A DNA stretch of 64,000 nt from the NCBI RefSeq assembly GCF_006345805.1, contig NC_043007.1, positions 2,046,001 through 2,110,000 on the forward strand, in the 5' to 3' direction. The notes below the pieces were generated by a model. That model was given only the letters and a program-made list of their open reading frames with translations. It was not told the DNA's origin and did not search any database. Below, in pieces: positions 1-13,942 of this stretch. A program made the translations under genes and the position numbers. This DNA is from Octopus sinensis. Its lineage: Eukaryota. Each line of letters begins with the position of its first letter. The first letter of the stretch is position 1.

Positions 1-171
1 TGAAAGTTATAATATTATTGATGGACATAAGAAGGAAAATAGCCTGGAAGATGAATTTTTGTCTTCAATAGCGAAAAGCTTGAGTTTATAATCTCTCTCT
101 CTCTCTAACTCTCTCTCATTCTCTCTCTCTCTCTCTCTCTCCATCCATCTTTCTCCCTCTCACTGGGTGTT

Positions 172-226
<55 letters not shown>

Positions 227-956
227 ATGTTGAGAACCCATCTGCATACAAAGCTTGTGAAGTAAATTACATTTTTAGCCTTCAGAATAATATAGCATAT
301 AATTCCATAATATTCTGTAAGGAATTAGAATTTACATGTAATTCTTTATTGTTTTAAGCATCAAAAATTGATGTTGTTGTTGATAAGTTAACTGCAAGTA
401 GGCATGAGAAGTTCTCTGAACGAGTGATTGCTGATGTAATCTGACAGTTTGAAGATAATTGTGCGAGTACGGATCAGGGTCATTTTTAAGTTTTCCTTTC
501 ATTCTGCTGAAGTCATCCTGACATGAAGAGCTGAGCAACTTCCAGTCAATAATTAACCAGTCACTTCCATATGTCTTCTCGGCTACAAAAGAAGCCTGTT
601 ACATGATTCTCTTTCAAAATTAAAAGTTCCATACTTCATAATATGTGCTAGAAATATATATATATAAAAATTAGAAAAAAAACGCCTTTTATCAATTCAA
701 TAATGAAAAATTAAATTATTACCATTTAGAAAAATTACATATTATAGAAAGATTAAATATAAGATAAAACATATAACGATGATTAAGTAATGTGCAAAAT
801 AATAAATAAAACGTATATATTTGGTAGAATAACAACACGTGTTTCATGGCTATATTTAAGAAATGATAATAGTAAAAATAATAGTAGTAGTAAAATCACT
901 TCAATATAAATATAGTCACTCTTCAGGTTAAAGATAACAACAATAATAAAATTAAA

Positions 957-991
<35 letters not shown>

Positions 992-1000
992 CATTATTAA

Positions 1001-1187
1001 CCCTTTAACAATTAAACTGATCATATACTCTTTGTTTCATGTTCAAACTGACCAGATCTGGCTTCTCGCAGTTACCCTACAATGTCATTCTAAAAATAAA
1101 TAGTCACATCATTGAAGTGCATCTTAATTAAGAACAATGTGAATAAATAAGCATTACATTTGTGAGAGTAATCTGAATAATAAAGGT
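1001..1187. mobile_element. piggyBac-type non-autonomous MITE, family 1
   Basis: TTAA at 997-1000 and 1188-1191; CCCTTTA start and degenerate TAAAGGT end. Confidence 0.7.
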
Positions 1188-1191
1188 TTAA

Positions 1192-1413
1192 CCCTTTTGA
1201 TACCAACCCATCTGAGACCACCTCTGGTTCTGTAGTACAAATGTCTTGTTTTCAAAAGTTCTGAATTAAAATCTTCCACCAAACCTTAGTCACAATTTAT
1301 GTTCCTAACACTAGCTGAATGATAACTAAGTTATTTTACTAAATTCTTTGTTATATTTAAAATTAATTGAAGGAAACACAGAGCATCTCAACATAAATAT
1401 GGTAACAAAAGGG
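1192..1413 (+). mobile_element. piggyBac-type MITE, family 2 (full length)
   Basis: TTAA on both sides; TIRs CCCTTTTGATACCA / TGGTAACAAAAGGG (13/14 match). Confidence 0.85.
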
Positions 1414-1564
1414 TTAAGAAGAAAAATAATCAGCAGAAGACATAAAAGAAGGAGACCTCAGTGTGGTCACTCTATATGCTAGAAATAATAGCCTAAATTT
1501 CCTTCAATCCACACCCTTCCAACTGCTTCAAATGTGCATCTGCCCAAGCGTAGAGGTGTGTCTA

Positions 1565-1756
1565 AACTGCCTCTGTAGTACAAATGTCTTGTTTTCAAAA
1601 GTTCTGAATTAAAATCTTCCACCAAACCTTAGTCACAATTTATGTTCCTAACACTAGCTTAATGATAACTAAGTTATTTTACTAAATTCTTTGTTATATT
1701 TAGAATTAATTGCAGGAAACACAGAGCATCTCAACAGAAATATGGTAACAAAAGGG
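1565..1756 (+). mobile_element. piggyBac-type MITE family 2, 5'-truncated copy
   Basis: near-identical to 1230-1413; ends AAAAGGG+TTAA. Confidence 0.8.
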
Positions 1757-2804
1757 TTAAGTGGCCTTTAAAACAGAACATTGTACATTAATATAAACAC
1801 CAATATAAAGTATTTAGAAATCATTTTCTAACCGAAAGTAGACTCGGTACCATATTATACTTTTAAAAGTCTATATTATCAAGTCAGCTTGTTCTCGTTT
1901 ATTATCATAAGAGATCAAATCTAATTAGTCAAAGACAATTGTATATTTAACAGTGCCAATATTATTAAATCTAGCAGTTCTTAGAATTGCTGATGCTTCT
2001 TTATGCCAATCACTATGACAGTGATAATGTGGCCACTATAATCAACAATGTATGTAATTGCTCTACTTTAAATCTTTCATTTTTCAACTCACCCGATTGA
2101 ACCAAAGTGTGTCATTGTCCTCCGTCATCAATATGATCAATACCTCCTACAATTGCTTATTCATATTTAAATGAAATCGTCAATATAAATTTCGTTACTG
2201 TACTTGTAATAACACAGGACTTTACTAGATTAAACACTTGCAGCACTTCGTCCAATATTTTTATATGAAGTCTGTATTCTTTGAATTAACCGGCTTCGCG
2301 TTCTTGAACAATAACTCCAAATTTGAAGGGTTTCTGAAATAACATGGAGCCGTAGTAGCAAATATTAAAAAACATCACAAACAGAATCAGCTCCTTCAGT
2401 TCCAATAGCGCTGGCACATTTGACAGCAATACTTGTCATCCTACTACTCCACCCCCTCTTCCTTCTACTCCTTGTTCTCCTCCTCCCTTCTCATCTCCCT
2501 TTTCTCTTCTCCTCTCTTCTCCTTGTTCTTCTCCTCCCTCTCCCTTGGCATCTAGGTAAGCTGTGATTGTACAAGTCTTAAGATCAAGACCATTCCAACT
2601 TGGATCTTCTGAACTTTTGTTTATCTTTCTGACATTTCTATAAACCTAGATCGAAACTTTCCACTGTACAGTGTGTGGCCTGAAGTAGATTGCTACTTCT
2701 TTTAGCAGATCATGTAACCTCTTATAATTTACATTGTGCATCACATGCTGGCCCAGTGGGATGTGAAGGTCTAAAATAGAAACCTAAAAAGCATAAATGC
2801 ATCC

Positions 2805-3470
2805 ATTTTCGATCATATTTTCAATCACATTTTCGATCACATTTTCTATCACATTTTCGATCATATTTTCGATCATATTTCGATCATATTTTCTATCATA
2901 TTTTCGGTCATATTTCGATCATATTTTCGATCATATTTCGATCATATTTTCGATCATATTTTCGATCACATTATCGATCATATTTTCGATCACATTTTAG
3001 GTCACATTTTCGATCACATTTTCGATCATATTTTCAATCACATTTTCGATCATATTTTCAATCACATTTTCGATCATATTTTCAATCACATTTTCCATCA
3101 CATTTTCTATCACATTTTCGATCATATTTTCTATCATATTTTCGGTCATATTTCGATCATATTTTCGATCATATTTTCGATGATATTCGATCATATTTTC
3201 GATCATATTTTCTATCACATTTTTGGTCATATTTCGATCATATATTCGATCATATTTTTGATCATATTTTCGATCACATTATCGATCATATTTCCGATCA
3301 TATTTTCGATCAGATTTTCAATCATATTTTCGATCATATTTTCAATCACATTTTCGATCATATTTTCAATTACATTTTCGATCACATTTTTGATCACATT
3401 TTCGATCACATTTTCGATCACAATTCGATCATATTTTCTATCATATTTTCAATCATATTTTCAAACACAT
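2805..3470. repeat. 12-bp tandem repeat ATTTTCGATCA(T/C), about 55 units
   Basis: directly visible periodicity; explains the IFSII / MIENV ORFs. Confidence 0.95.
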
Positions 3471-3747
3471 TTGATATATCAACTATTTTTATGGTGGGAT
3501 TTTCAATGAACACTTGCAGATTTCATATATTTATTTCTTTATTAGCCCCAATAAAAGCATAAAATAAAAGCTCAGCACTTGGGCCGCTTTTCAGATTTTA
3601 TACAAAAGAAAAAAAAATGAGTTCTGAGGGGAAACGGCACAAGGAAAGGAAGAAAATGAACTGAGGATGGTTTATTTTATGTATATGTATTGACAACTGC
3701 AAGGAGTGGACATTAGTATCAATCAAAATATCACTAGAAGCTAAGAA

Positions 3748-3790
<43 letters not shown>

Positions 3791-3835
3791 TTGTATGTAT
3801 GTATATATATCTGTATGTATGTATGTATATGTATA

Positions 3836-3907
<72 letters not shown>

Positions 3908-4196
3908 ATTTGGGGATCTTTTATTTTTTGTTTTGTAAAATCATAAGCAAAAGGAAAAAGAAAAAAAGAAAACAAATAAACAAGGAACAATTGAAAATAG
4001 ATGGACATTAGGTTTGAAATTATATATGTTGAGATCTCACTTTATATTCACACACACACATATGCATATATATGTGTGTGTATACTCATTCACACATATT
4101 ACTGATAATAGTAAAGGCTTCTTTTATTATTATATTAATAAAAATAATAATAATAATAATAATGATAATAATGATAATATAATAATAATAATAATG

Positions 4197-4227
<31 letters not shown>

Positions 4228-5640
4228 TAGTGCAGGGCCAAGGGAAGAATTTGAACCAAATTATTTTTAATGAGGCTGAATGCACCTATGATATGAATGA
4301 CATTGTTACAAAATCATGCTTAGAAAATTTTGTCTTCTTCATTGTTGCAGCAATCTTTTTGCTTCATTTTCTGGGAATTTTTGTTGTAAATTTTTATTCT
4401 TCGTTTCTTCGTGTGATATCCCTGCAAGCTATAAAATAACGAATAGAATATCACTGCTTATTTGCAAATATAATGATGCTGATTACTGTTATTGTCTTTA
4501 GAAATACAAGGAACCCATTGGCTTGCCTGTAGAAAGCATCTTTTCATATTCACTTCTATAAGGGTTTTTATTCACAGTCACCAGAAAAACTAAAGGAAGA
4601 GCAGCAGGGCATAGAAAGCTATGAAGAGGAAGCCAAGTCTTAAATCTTGTACCCTGTAACCTGAAAATCACCGTTTCGCTTATATTAGAACAACCAGTCT
4701 TTTAATATTCTTCTTCTTGTAGCAATTCAACAATTTCTTCAGAAATGGTTTGTTTCCCAGCCACAGGATTTGGAAATGAATGTACATATCTATGTGTGGG
4801 CATTTCTGTGTTTGTACCTCACTATTGCTTGACAATCATTGTTAGTTTGTTGATGTTTCTATAACTTAGCAGTTTGGCAAAAGGGAATTGATAGAATAAG
4901 GAGTAAGCTTAGAAAAAAGAAACACTTAAGTACTGGAATCAATTTGTTTGACTGAGCCCTTCAACGCTCTGCTCCAGCTTGGCCATAGTCCTAATGCATG
5001 AAACAAGAGAAAATAGAAGATAATTTACCCAGAGACATTATTCTGTTGGATAGTTTGCCTACCAGTATTTTTTTGTTTTTCTGAATTTCTGCTCTCTAAA
5101 TTCAAATCCCATTGAAGTCAGACTTGCTTCTCATTCTTTTAGTGAGGCTGATGTAGAAGAATAACAATCCAAAGCAGTAGATTGTCAGAACTATTTGAGT
5201 GTTGGGCCAGATGCCTTGCAAGATCTGAACTGACTCTGCATTCTGCCAGCAACATCTGTGAAGACACTGCTACTAACTTGTATCAGTTTTTAACTTAACT
5301 ACCATGGCCTGTTACTGAATTTACCGGTGACACCATATAATTTCTGTGCTATTGCCGTCAATGTTTAATTACAAGGAAATGAAATTTGGGGGGATTTTTA
5401 CAATATTTCATAATTAAGCTTTAACATGTGGCACTTGTGTTCTTTAAATATCCTTGAAACTGTGTCAAAAATACAGAATAAAATACTTTCACAAATTATG
5501 AAAATGTACACCAATGATACATGTGGCAGTTAACATGTTAAGATAACCTTCATTCTTTTGGCCAACATGTAAGGAGTGGGGAGGGGAGATTTGGGTACAT
5601 GAGTAATTGCTAGTGTTCTACACAAAAAGTAACCTTGCCC

Positions 5641-5981
5641 AGGCTGTGTGGTAAGTAGCTTGCTTACCAACCACATGATTCTGGGTTCAGTCCCACTGTG
5701 TGGTGCCTTGTGCAAGTGTCTTCTACTATAGCCTTGGGCCAACCAAAGCCTTGTGAGTGGATTTGGTAGATGGAAACTGAAAGAAACCTGTTGTATATAT
5801 ATTTGTGTGTATGTGTGTGTGTCTGCGTTTGTCCCCCCAACATCGCTTGACAACCGATGTTGGTGTGTTTAGGTCCCTGTAACGTAGTGGTTCAGCAAAA
5901 GAGACCAATAGAATAAGTACGAGGCTTACAAAGAATAAGTCTTGGGTTTGATTTGTTGATTTGTAAAGGTGGTGCTCCAGC
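5641..5981 (+). mobile_element. tRNA-derived SINE family A
   Basis: ggctgtgtggtaag A-box-like and ggttcagtccc B-box-like head, ccttg(g/t)gcaagtgtctt central segment, internal (AT/GT)n, ggtgctccagc tail; many copies in window. Confidence 0.85.
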
Positions 5982-8179
5982 ATATATATATATATGTATT
6001 CATTTGCCTTGCTCAGACCCACCTGGTTTCGAGTAGTATCAGAGAGGATTGGACGAAACTACGTGGACATCCCAGACTCCAACTGAAGAAACAATTGGCT
6101 GTGAATGATCCGTGTATCTTGTTATGTCCTGTTTGCCATTGTTGTTCTATCATCCTTTTCCTGCTTGTTATGTTTTGACGATTTCCATTTGTTGTTTTTT
6201 ACCTCTGATTATTATATATATATATATATATTTCGTTTTTGGATTTGGTTTGCAAGATTCTTTATGAGAGTTCATGTGTTGAAGCATATTCTGTTGTGTC
6301 TGGGGAGAGTCATTTTCTTTTTGTGCGACACAACGAAAATTTTAGGAAAATAAAAATATGAAATAAGTGGAAATTTTACCAGTGTGTGTGTTAAATTATA
6401 AGGCACAAAAAGAAAATGACTCTCCCCGGGCACAATAGTAAGTCTGTATATACATATATAAATGTATATATGTGTGTGTGTATGTGATAAGTTTTTACCA
6501 GTTTCTGTCTACTAAATTCACTCACCAGACTTTGGTTGACCAAGGCTATAATAGAAGTTTGCTTAGGTGCCGTCCTGTAGGACTGAACCAAAAACTAAAT
6601 GCTTGCAAAGTAAACCTCTGAAGCATGCTGCTTACCTGACCCCATTACTCTATTCTATAAAACATTGACCCCAGATTCTAAACTCACTTAATGTGTCTTT
6701 GTTGTCCTTCGAGGACAAAACTACTTTGACAACTCCCTATAGGCAGCAGGGGAAGAATCTGATTAGAATATAAAATAATTTTGTAAAACGTCATAACAAT
6801 AAAGATTAATGAAATTACAAAATTTATTGTTGTAGAAGAAATAAATTTTTTTCTGTATATATATATCATAATGAGAATAACTTATTTTTTTGATTTTTCT
6901 GTAATGTAATACATAAATCTATATTAATTCTTTCACAAAAATAATGTCCAGTATTTTATAGAAAACTTCATAGAGTTTTATATTTTGTACAAAATGAAGA
7001 GAGGATGGTTGAGTTGCATAATTTTACATTTGTTTAGCAGCATCACTCTGTGATTGATGTGGTTTCAGCTTTGGTATTTCTTAAATTTTAGTTATTTTAT
7101 TATATTTTTTTACTTTTCTTTTTCTAGGGTCATTTATTTGTTTCTTATCATTTTTACACTCCAGCAGTTTTGTATATCTCAAATATCTCAAATTCAATCC
7201 TGAGAATAAATTTAATGAATACTTTTTAAGTTTTAGGCATGATCTACTTACAAGGTTAGGCTCCAGCAAGACTCGTCTCTATCTCCAAAATCAGTTCTGC
7301 GCTTTGAAGATAACTTTTTGTCATTTTGTAAAAGAAATTGATTATTGAGCTCAAATTGAAAGTCTGGTGGCCATGTCTACCAGGGTCAATTTCCTTAGTA
7401 AAGCCACTTAAAAAGACACGGCTCAAAGTTTAAATTTTTGATAACAAAGGAGCACATGTCTAATTATAAATTTAGTTTTATAGCGCAAAGCTTAATCTGA
7501 AGACTGCGTGTGTGTGAGAAATGCATTTTAAGTATAACAGAAGTCGTTTTTTAGCCCCATCACTGCCTCTGCTTTATTAAAACAGTCTAAGTATTGGAGC
7601 TACGTAAATGTCTGTTTCAAGTCATCCATATGAAGAACGGTCTTCTTTTGAATATTCATTAGGCTTCCCTGCATAATAAAATTCCTCATTTATTTGGGGG
7701 GTTTTTTTCCGTTCTCTTTTTGTTGCCTTTTACCTTCACAACAAAATCTTCCTACTAAATGTGGTTTTTATTTATTCACTTATTCTCCTTCCTTCCTTTC
7801 ATTCGATTAGAGTTTCATAGTCACTGTGCCAGGTAAAGATATACTGTTTCAATCTGATTATGCACATGGCACTTAATTTTGCTTATTCAATTGTTTCTGG
7901 TTCTCAAATTTGCTAAAGAAATCAGAACTTTTGAATTAGGAGTCACATAATAAAAGGATACTTGATGTGGAACTGAACTTCAATGGTAATTGCAAGAATT
8001 TTTTTTGTTCCATATGTATATATATTTTGCCATTGTGTTCCAGAATCTGCTGAAAGAAGGTGAAGCTGAGGTCAGATTTCTATTTATCTGCCCACCTACT
8101 TTTGTTTTGTGTTAGAAGCAAAGCCTGTATTGAAGATGTCTCTTATATGATAATGTCTATCCAAGATCTTGTTTCAGTA

Positions 8180-8583
8180 TATCTGTCATATGTATGTGTG
8201 TATATACATACAGGCATACATACATATATATATGTGTGTGTGTGTATGTATATACACACACACACTTATATGCACATACACACACATGCATATATATATA
8301 TATATATACTTACACATGCGTATATATATATATATACACACACATATACATATATGTATATAGTTATATACTTACAATGTGTGTATATACATACACAAAC
8401 ACACACACATACATATATATATATACATACACACACACATATATATATATAGTTATATATATTAATATATATACACATATGCATATATATGTATACAAAT
8501 ACATACATGCATACATACATACATACATAATGCAACTATATCCATGCGAATATAAACACAAAACAAAACATACAAATCTGCAT

Positions 8584-8631
<48 letters not shown>

Positions 8632-8929
8632 ACACACATACTTACATATAACATAAAACTTTTTCTTTCTGTTTCCTTTGCATAATCTTTCTTACATATT
8701 TATGAAATTAACAGTTGTACGTAAGAAGTAAATTACAGGCTGCAATGCAACACTATTAGCTAAATTCATCAGAATTGGAATTATGCAGGTTACATTAACT
8801 TTGAAATTCCATTATAGATTTCTTAGAGTTAAAAGCTCAACCAACTGTTGTATAATATTTCTCAGATTAACTTAGGTGCTATATAACTGCATATATGTGT
8901 ATGTATATGTATAAATATTTGTGTGTGTG

Positions 8930-9008
<79 letters not shown>

Positions 9009-9121
9009 TATGTATAAATATGTATATATTATGTATAATTGCATATATATATACATACATATATGTGTATATATATGTTTGGACATGTATTATGTATATA
9101 TGTATGTATGTATATGTATAA

Positions 9122-9172
<51 letters not shown>

Positions 9173-9190
9173 CATACATATATGTGTGTG
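8180..9190. repeat. compound (AT)n/(AC)n/(ATAC)n microsatellite tracts
   Basis: visible low complexity. Confidence 0.9.
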
Positions 9191-9687
9191 TGGTTTCTTA
9201 TGAATAATTTTACATAATACAAGAAAATTAATGCAGGGTAACAGACTGCCTCATGCAAATAAAATCCTCCTTCTGTTGAACCACCTGCTGTGAGAATCTT
9301 TGGTACAACTGTTAGCAATTACCTGCCATTAGTTGTAAGCTGTGATAATAAGGTCTATAGTTAGCATACTACTTCGAGATTAATATACATATGGAGTATG
9401 TTTAGAAACAAGGAATACAAATGAGATTAAAGCAGTCTTATGGTAATTAATATACTAAACAAGAAATTTATTTTATGTTGCTTTGTTCTTGTTGAGAATA
9501 ATTATGGATACTTAAATAATTAGTTCGTTTTAATGAAGGAAGAGAGGATTGAAGCTGTAACGTGGGAATACAATGGTAGAATAGAATTGTAGTAATTTGA
9601 GTAAAATTTTTCATATTTTGGTAAATATAAAACTAATTTCTTGATATAATAATGAGTGTAGTGTTTTTATATATTTGTGTGTGTGTG

Positions 9688-9737
<50 letters not shown>

Positions 9738-10902
9738 TGGTCGGAATCATGCCGGATGTGGAGGAGGGGAGAAAATAGTCATTCAGTGAAGGAGAAGTAG
9801 TGAGAATAATAGCCTCGACTGCGAGGAAGTGAGAGAAAGTAATAACAAGCAGAGAAAGGAAGGGGTGATAGATAAATAAGGAAGGAAGGGGTGAAAAAAA
9901 ATCAGCGTTTCAACTCTATGTGAGTATATGTGTGTATGTGTGTGCCTGTACAAGGGAAGTATGTGAATGTATGTGTGGTTATTATGTACCTTATTTTTGT
10001 ACTAGGCTTACAAAAAAGAATAAGTCCTGGGCTCGGTTCACTTGACTAAAGGCGATGCTCCACAGGCCTTGTGTTTTGAGTAGGAAAGTATATTTCATAC
10101 TGATATTGACTATATACCTCATTGTTTGAATGAGTTGAACTTCATTTCTCCAGGTTGTGATGAAATTTTAAACTTTCACTTGAGTTTTTTTCAAGAGTTG
10201 TCAAAAAAAAATCGAAATTTGTCGATTCCTTTGAAGAAGGCCCCTGTCTGTTAGTTCCATTGGCATTTTTAATCTTCTCAAATAACTAAATCACTTTTTG
10301 CATTTGGCACATACCTTTGATAACCATTTTACACGTAACCTTTATAGAAACAATAAACTAATGCAAATTTCTCAAGTGCCATTCTAGAAATAAAGGATTT
10401 AAAAAAAAAATTCCATTTCTGTTTGATGTGTTAAATGATAGTTCTGTAAATGTTTGCTTTTGGAAATATTATCTTTGTCTTTATTTTTGTTTTGTAGAAG
10501 ACAAAAGTTTTAATAATTGTAGCTGTACTCTAACAGTAGAAACGCTTTTGAAATTTTGAAGAATTTATTTGTACTTAAAGGAATCCATTTGATATTCTGT
10601 ATTGTAAGGTTCTTTATGTTCTTTGTTCTTTGAGAAGAATCTTCTTGTTTTGTATTTTTTTTTTTGTTTAATAAATGATAAGCATTAAAACTCAAAGCAA
10701 AAGCTAACGAGTTATTTGTAATTTGTAATTACTTCTTACAAATATATCTCATAGACACAGGCATCGTTGTGCGTGGTCTTGGGTTCAATCCTTCTGCATG
10801 GCACCTAGAGCAAGAGTTTTCTATTATAGCCCTAGGCTTGCCCAATGTCTTGTGAGTAAGTTTTGCATACAGAATCTGAAAGAAATCCATCATGTGTATG
10901 TG

Positions 10903-10934
<32 letters not shown>

Positions 10935-10937
<3 letters not shown>

Positions 10938-11228
10938 TGGGCTCTCCCATCATTAGATGATGCATGAGGGTTCGACAGTTTCTTACCAAACAACCACGCA
11001 GATGATTTGTTTATAGTGATCAAATGTTTATATAGACATAAGCTCACTCCCTCCATCAGATCGACATTACCTGTACAGGTGCAACGGGTGCCACATGTCA
11101 GATGAGGAAATAATTGCCGAGCAGCGTGATATGAAATGCTTTGCTTGAGAACACAACTCCTAGTCTGGGAATCGAACCCACGATCTTGCAATTGTGAGGG
11201 CAACACCCTAACCACTAAGCCATGCACC
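10935..11228 (-). mobile_element. tRNA-derived SINE (distinct family H)
   Basis: minus strand reads ggtgcatggcttagtggttagg...gggttcgattccc (A and B boxes) followed by a unique body. Confidence 0.75.
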
Positions 11229-11836
11229 TTTACACACACACACACACACACACACACGTATAAAATAAAGTTATTTTATTCCACCCTGGTAGAAATATAT
11301 AAAAAATAGAAGTTTGAAAGGCACTTAGATGAGTCAAAATATTTTTTTATTATTTAAAGATTTAACAGGTTTCAGTTTACACTGATTTTCAAAGAGTTGA
11401 AATAGAAAGACATGGCTTATGTTGTAGCTGTCTTGCTTCTCACTAATGTTTGAAGCTTGCCTTATCTTTATAGGGTGTTCATGGCTCCCACTAGTAATAT
11501 ATTTTTAATAGGGCTTGATTGGTAGAGTGTAGTCACATGACTGGACTTATAAATTTTTGTAAGTTCCCTGCTACGTCCGTGTGTTAGTATCAAGTGACAA
11601 TGTTTGATGCTGTAAGTTAGGGATGGCATATGTATATATATGTATATATATACCTGTGTTTGAATCTTTGTGTTGTGTTTCCCCACCACCACTTGACAGC
11701 CAATGTTGGTTAACTAGGTCCTCATTAATTAATGGTTTGGCACCAGCCATTAAGGTCTGAAGGGACACTGCAAAGCTAAGCATTTTATGGATATGAAACC
11801 CTGGATAACCCCATAGACTGACCATAACTATCTTTA

Positions 11837-11896
<60 letters not shown>

Positions 11897-11939
11897 TGCA
11901 CTGCTTCCAAAGAAGAACCACTTGACTGATTGACATTCA

Positions 11940-12200
11940 ATCATCATCATCGTTTAACGTCCACCTTCCATACTAGCATGGGAGGGACAGTTTGACAAGA
12001 GCCAGCCAGGCTAAAGCCTGCACCAAACTTCTGTGACAGTATCGGCAGGATTTTTACAGCTGGATGCCCTTCCTAACACCAACCACTCAGCAGAGTGGAC
12101 TTAGTGCTTCTTACATGGTACAAGCACAGGTGAGGTCAGTTTTGGCAAGGTTTTTACAGCTGGATGCCCTTCCAAACACCAACCACTTTACAGTGTGGAC
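11940..12200 (-). mobile_element. SINE/LINE 3' tail family C (ggcgttaggaagggcatccagctgtag...gttaaacgatgatg)
   Basis: shared motif and (GAT)n end; about 13 copies across the window. Confidence 0.8.
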
Positions 12201-12597
12201 TGGATGCTTTTTAATGGAAATGCTCCAGCCTCTACCTTACAGGTGTGCTGTCTCCTGTTCATGCTTTCTATTACTACTCTAATGATCTGTGTTCCTCAGA
12301 TTGACCAGACTCATACTTTGTACTATTCAGGCTACTCTGACTACATCTATCTCTCCACCTCTTTATCACCCTTTTTGAATCCACACACCCATCCACCAGC
12401 TCTGCTCAAACCACTGCCTCTGCTCATGCCTTTCCTGCAGCTATTAGCTTATGACAATTTAAACAAAACATTAAAAGCATTAAATTTGACAGTCTCAGGG
12501 GAGGGCCTGCAGTGGCTATGGGCACTGCCTCTTCCACTAAACTCAACAAATGGAGCAACAACAAAAAAACCCCAAAAAGGACACATACTAAATGTAT

Positions 12598-12816
12598 ATT
12601 ACTCTTTTACTTGTTTCAGTCATTTGACTGTGGCCATGCTGGATCACCGCCTTTAGTCGAGCAAATCAATCACAGGACTTAGTCTTTGTAAACCCAGTAC
12701 TTATTCTATCGGTCTCTTTTGCCGAATTGCTAAGTTACGGGGACGTAAACACACCAGCATCAGTTGTCAAGCAATGTTGGAGGGACAAACACAGACACAC
12801 AAACATATACACACAC

Positions 12817-12877
<61 letters not shown>

Positions 12878-13036
12878 TACGACGGGCTTCTTTCAGTTTC
12901 TGTCTACCAAATCCACTCACAAGGCTTTGGTTGACCCGAGGCTATAGTAGAAGACGCTTGCCCAAGGTGCCACGCAGTGGGACTGAACCCAGAACCATTT
13001 GGTTGGTAAACAAGCTACTTACCACACAGCCACTCC
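12598..13036 (-). mobile_element. tRNA-derived SINE family A, near full length
   Basis: reverse-complement match to 20563-20980 and 58683-59075. Confidence 0.9.
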
Positions 13037-13635
13037 TATACTAAATGTATATTACATAAATGTTTTTTGCAATTATCAACCATCTCAGAGTAATCATCAT
13101 GGTATATCAAACGTGCAATTTTCAAACCAACACATGTTATCTTAAACGGGGAAAAAAATACCTTGCAAGCTGTTCACAATAAACAAGAAGGCTATATTCA
13201 GATTTACTTCTGACAAGATTAGAAATAATATATCATGTGATCATATGTAAGACATAAAAAGGAAGTTCTGAGGTGAAATGGAAATGGTTGTGAGTAATGT
13301 ATTTTTGTAAATATGAAAGTGTTTAAATGATTTATACAGAGCTAAAAAAAAATACTGGAAAAATAAAAAATAAAATACCTTTAAAGGGAGATGAAATAAA
13401 TTGGTAGTTAAAAATGCTGCCACATCAAAATTCCTCCAAGTTTAGGAGTGATAAATATTATTTTCTATTTCTGTGATGCGAGATCATAACTTAATATCCG
13501 GATTGGAAAATAAATTTAACAAGAATGTATAATGTGTGTGTGTGTATACAAATATGAGACATTTCTATATTTAAGAGATGAGGAATTATGTACATTATTT
13601 ACATTTGACGGATATTTGTCTTCATCTTGTATGTT

Positions 13636-13682
13636 GTTAGCACGTTTCGGTTGATATCCCCTCCAGCCTTCATCAAGTATCT
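13636..13682 (-). ncRNA. degenerate minimal type-I hammerhead ribozyme
   Basis: minus strand UUGAUGA (C3 mutated)-a-GGCUG..CAACC-GAAACGU with palindromic ACGU helix III. Confidence 0.65.
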
Positions 13683-13733
13683 TGGGGAAATTTCGAACCT
13701 GGGTTCTCATTCCTAAGGTATTTTTCGATGTTG

Positions 13734-13782
<49 letters not shown>

Positions 13783-13805
13783 TATTACTATTATTATTAT
13801 TATCA

Positions 13806-13848
<43 letters not shown>

Positions 13849-13903
13849 CATTATTATTATTATTATTATTAAAATTAAAAGAAGAGTGCCATTGTCATCA
13901 AGT

Positions 13904-13942
13904 GAACGATATTTCAACATCTTGTGTGTCTTCAACAGGTTC
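13904..13942 (-). ncRNA. minimal type-I hammerhead motif of a second family (A6 mutated)
   Basis: minus strand GAAC-CUGUUGA-a-GACA cacaaga UGUU-GAAAUAUC/GUUC: helix I GAAC/GUUC, palindromic AUAU helix III, AUC triplet. Confidence 0.65.

Noticed and set aside
2805-3470. CRISPR-like interpretation of tandem arrays
   Set aside because: No unique spacers, eukaryotic context, no cas genes
4578-4643. Good acceptor followed by SPEKLKEEQQGIESYEEEAKS*
   Set aside because: No recognisable homology and no partner exons; could be chance
8044-8070. Possible 27-nt phase-0 microexon NLLKEGEAE
   Set aside because: Weak donor (gtcaga) and no similarity to MON2; needs RNA-seq
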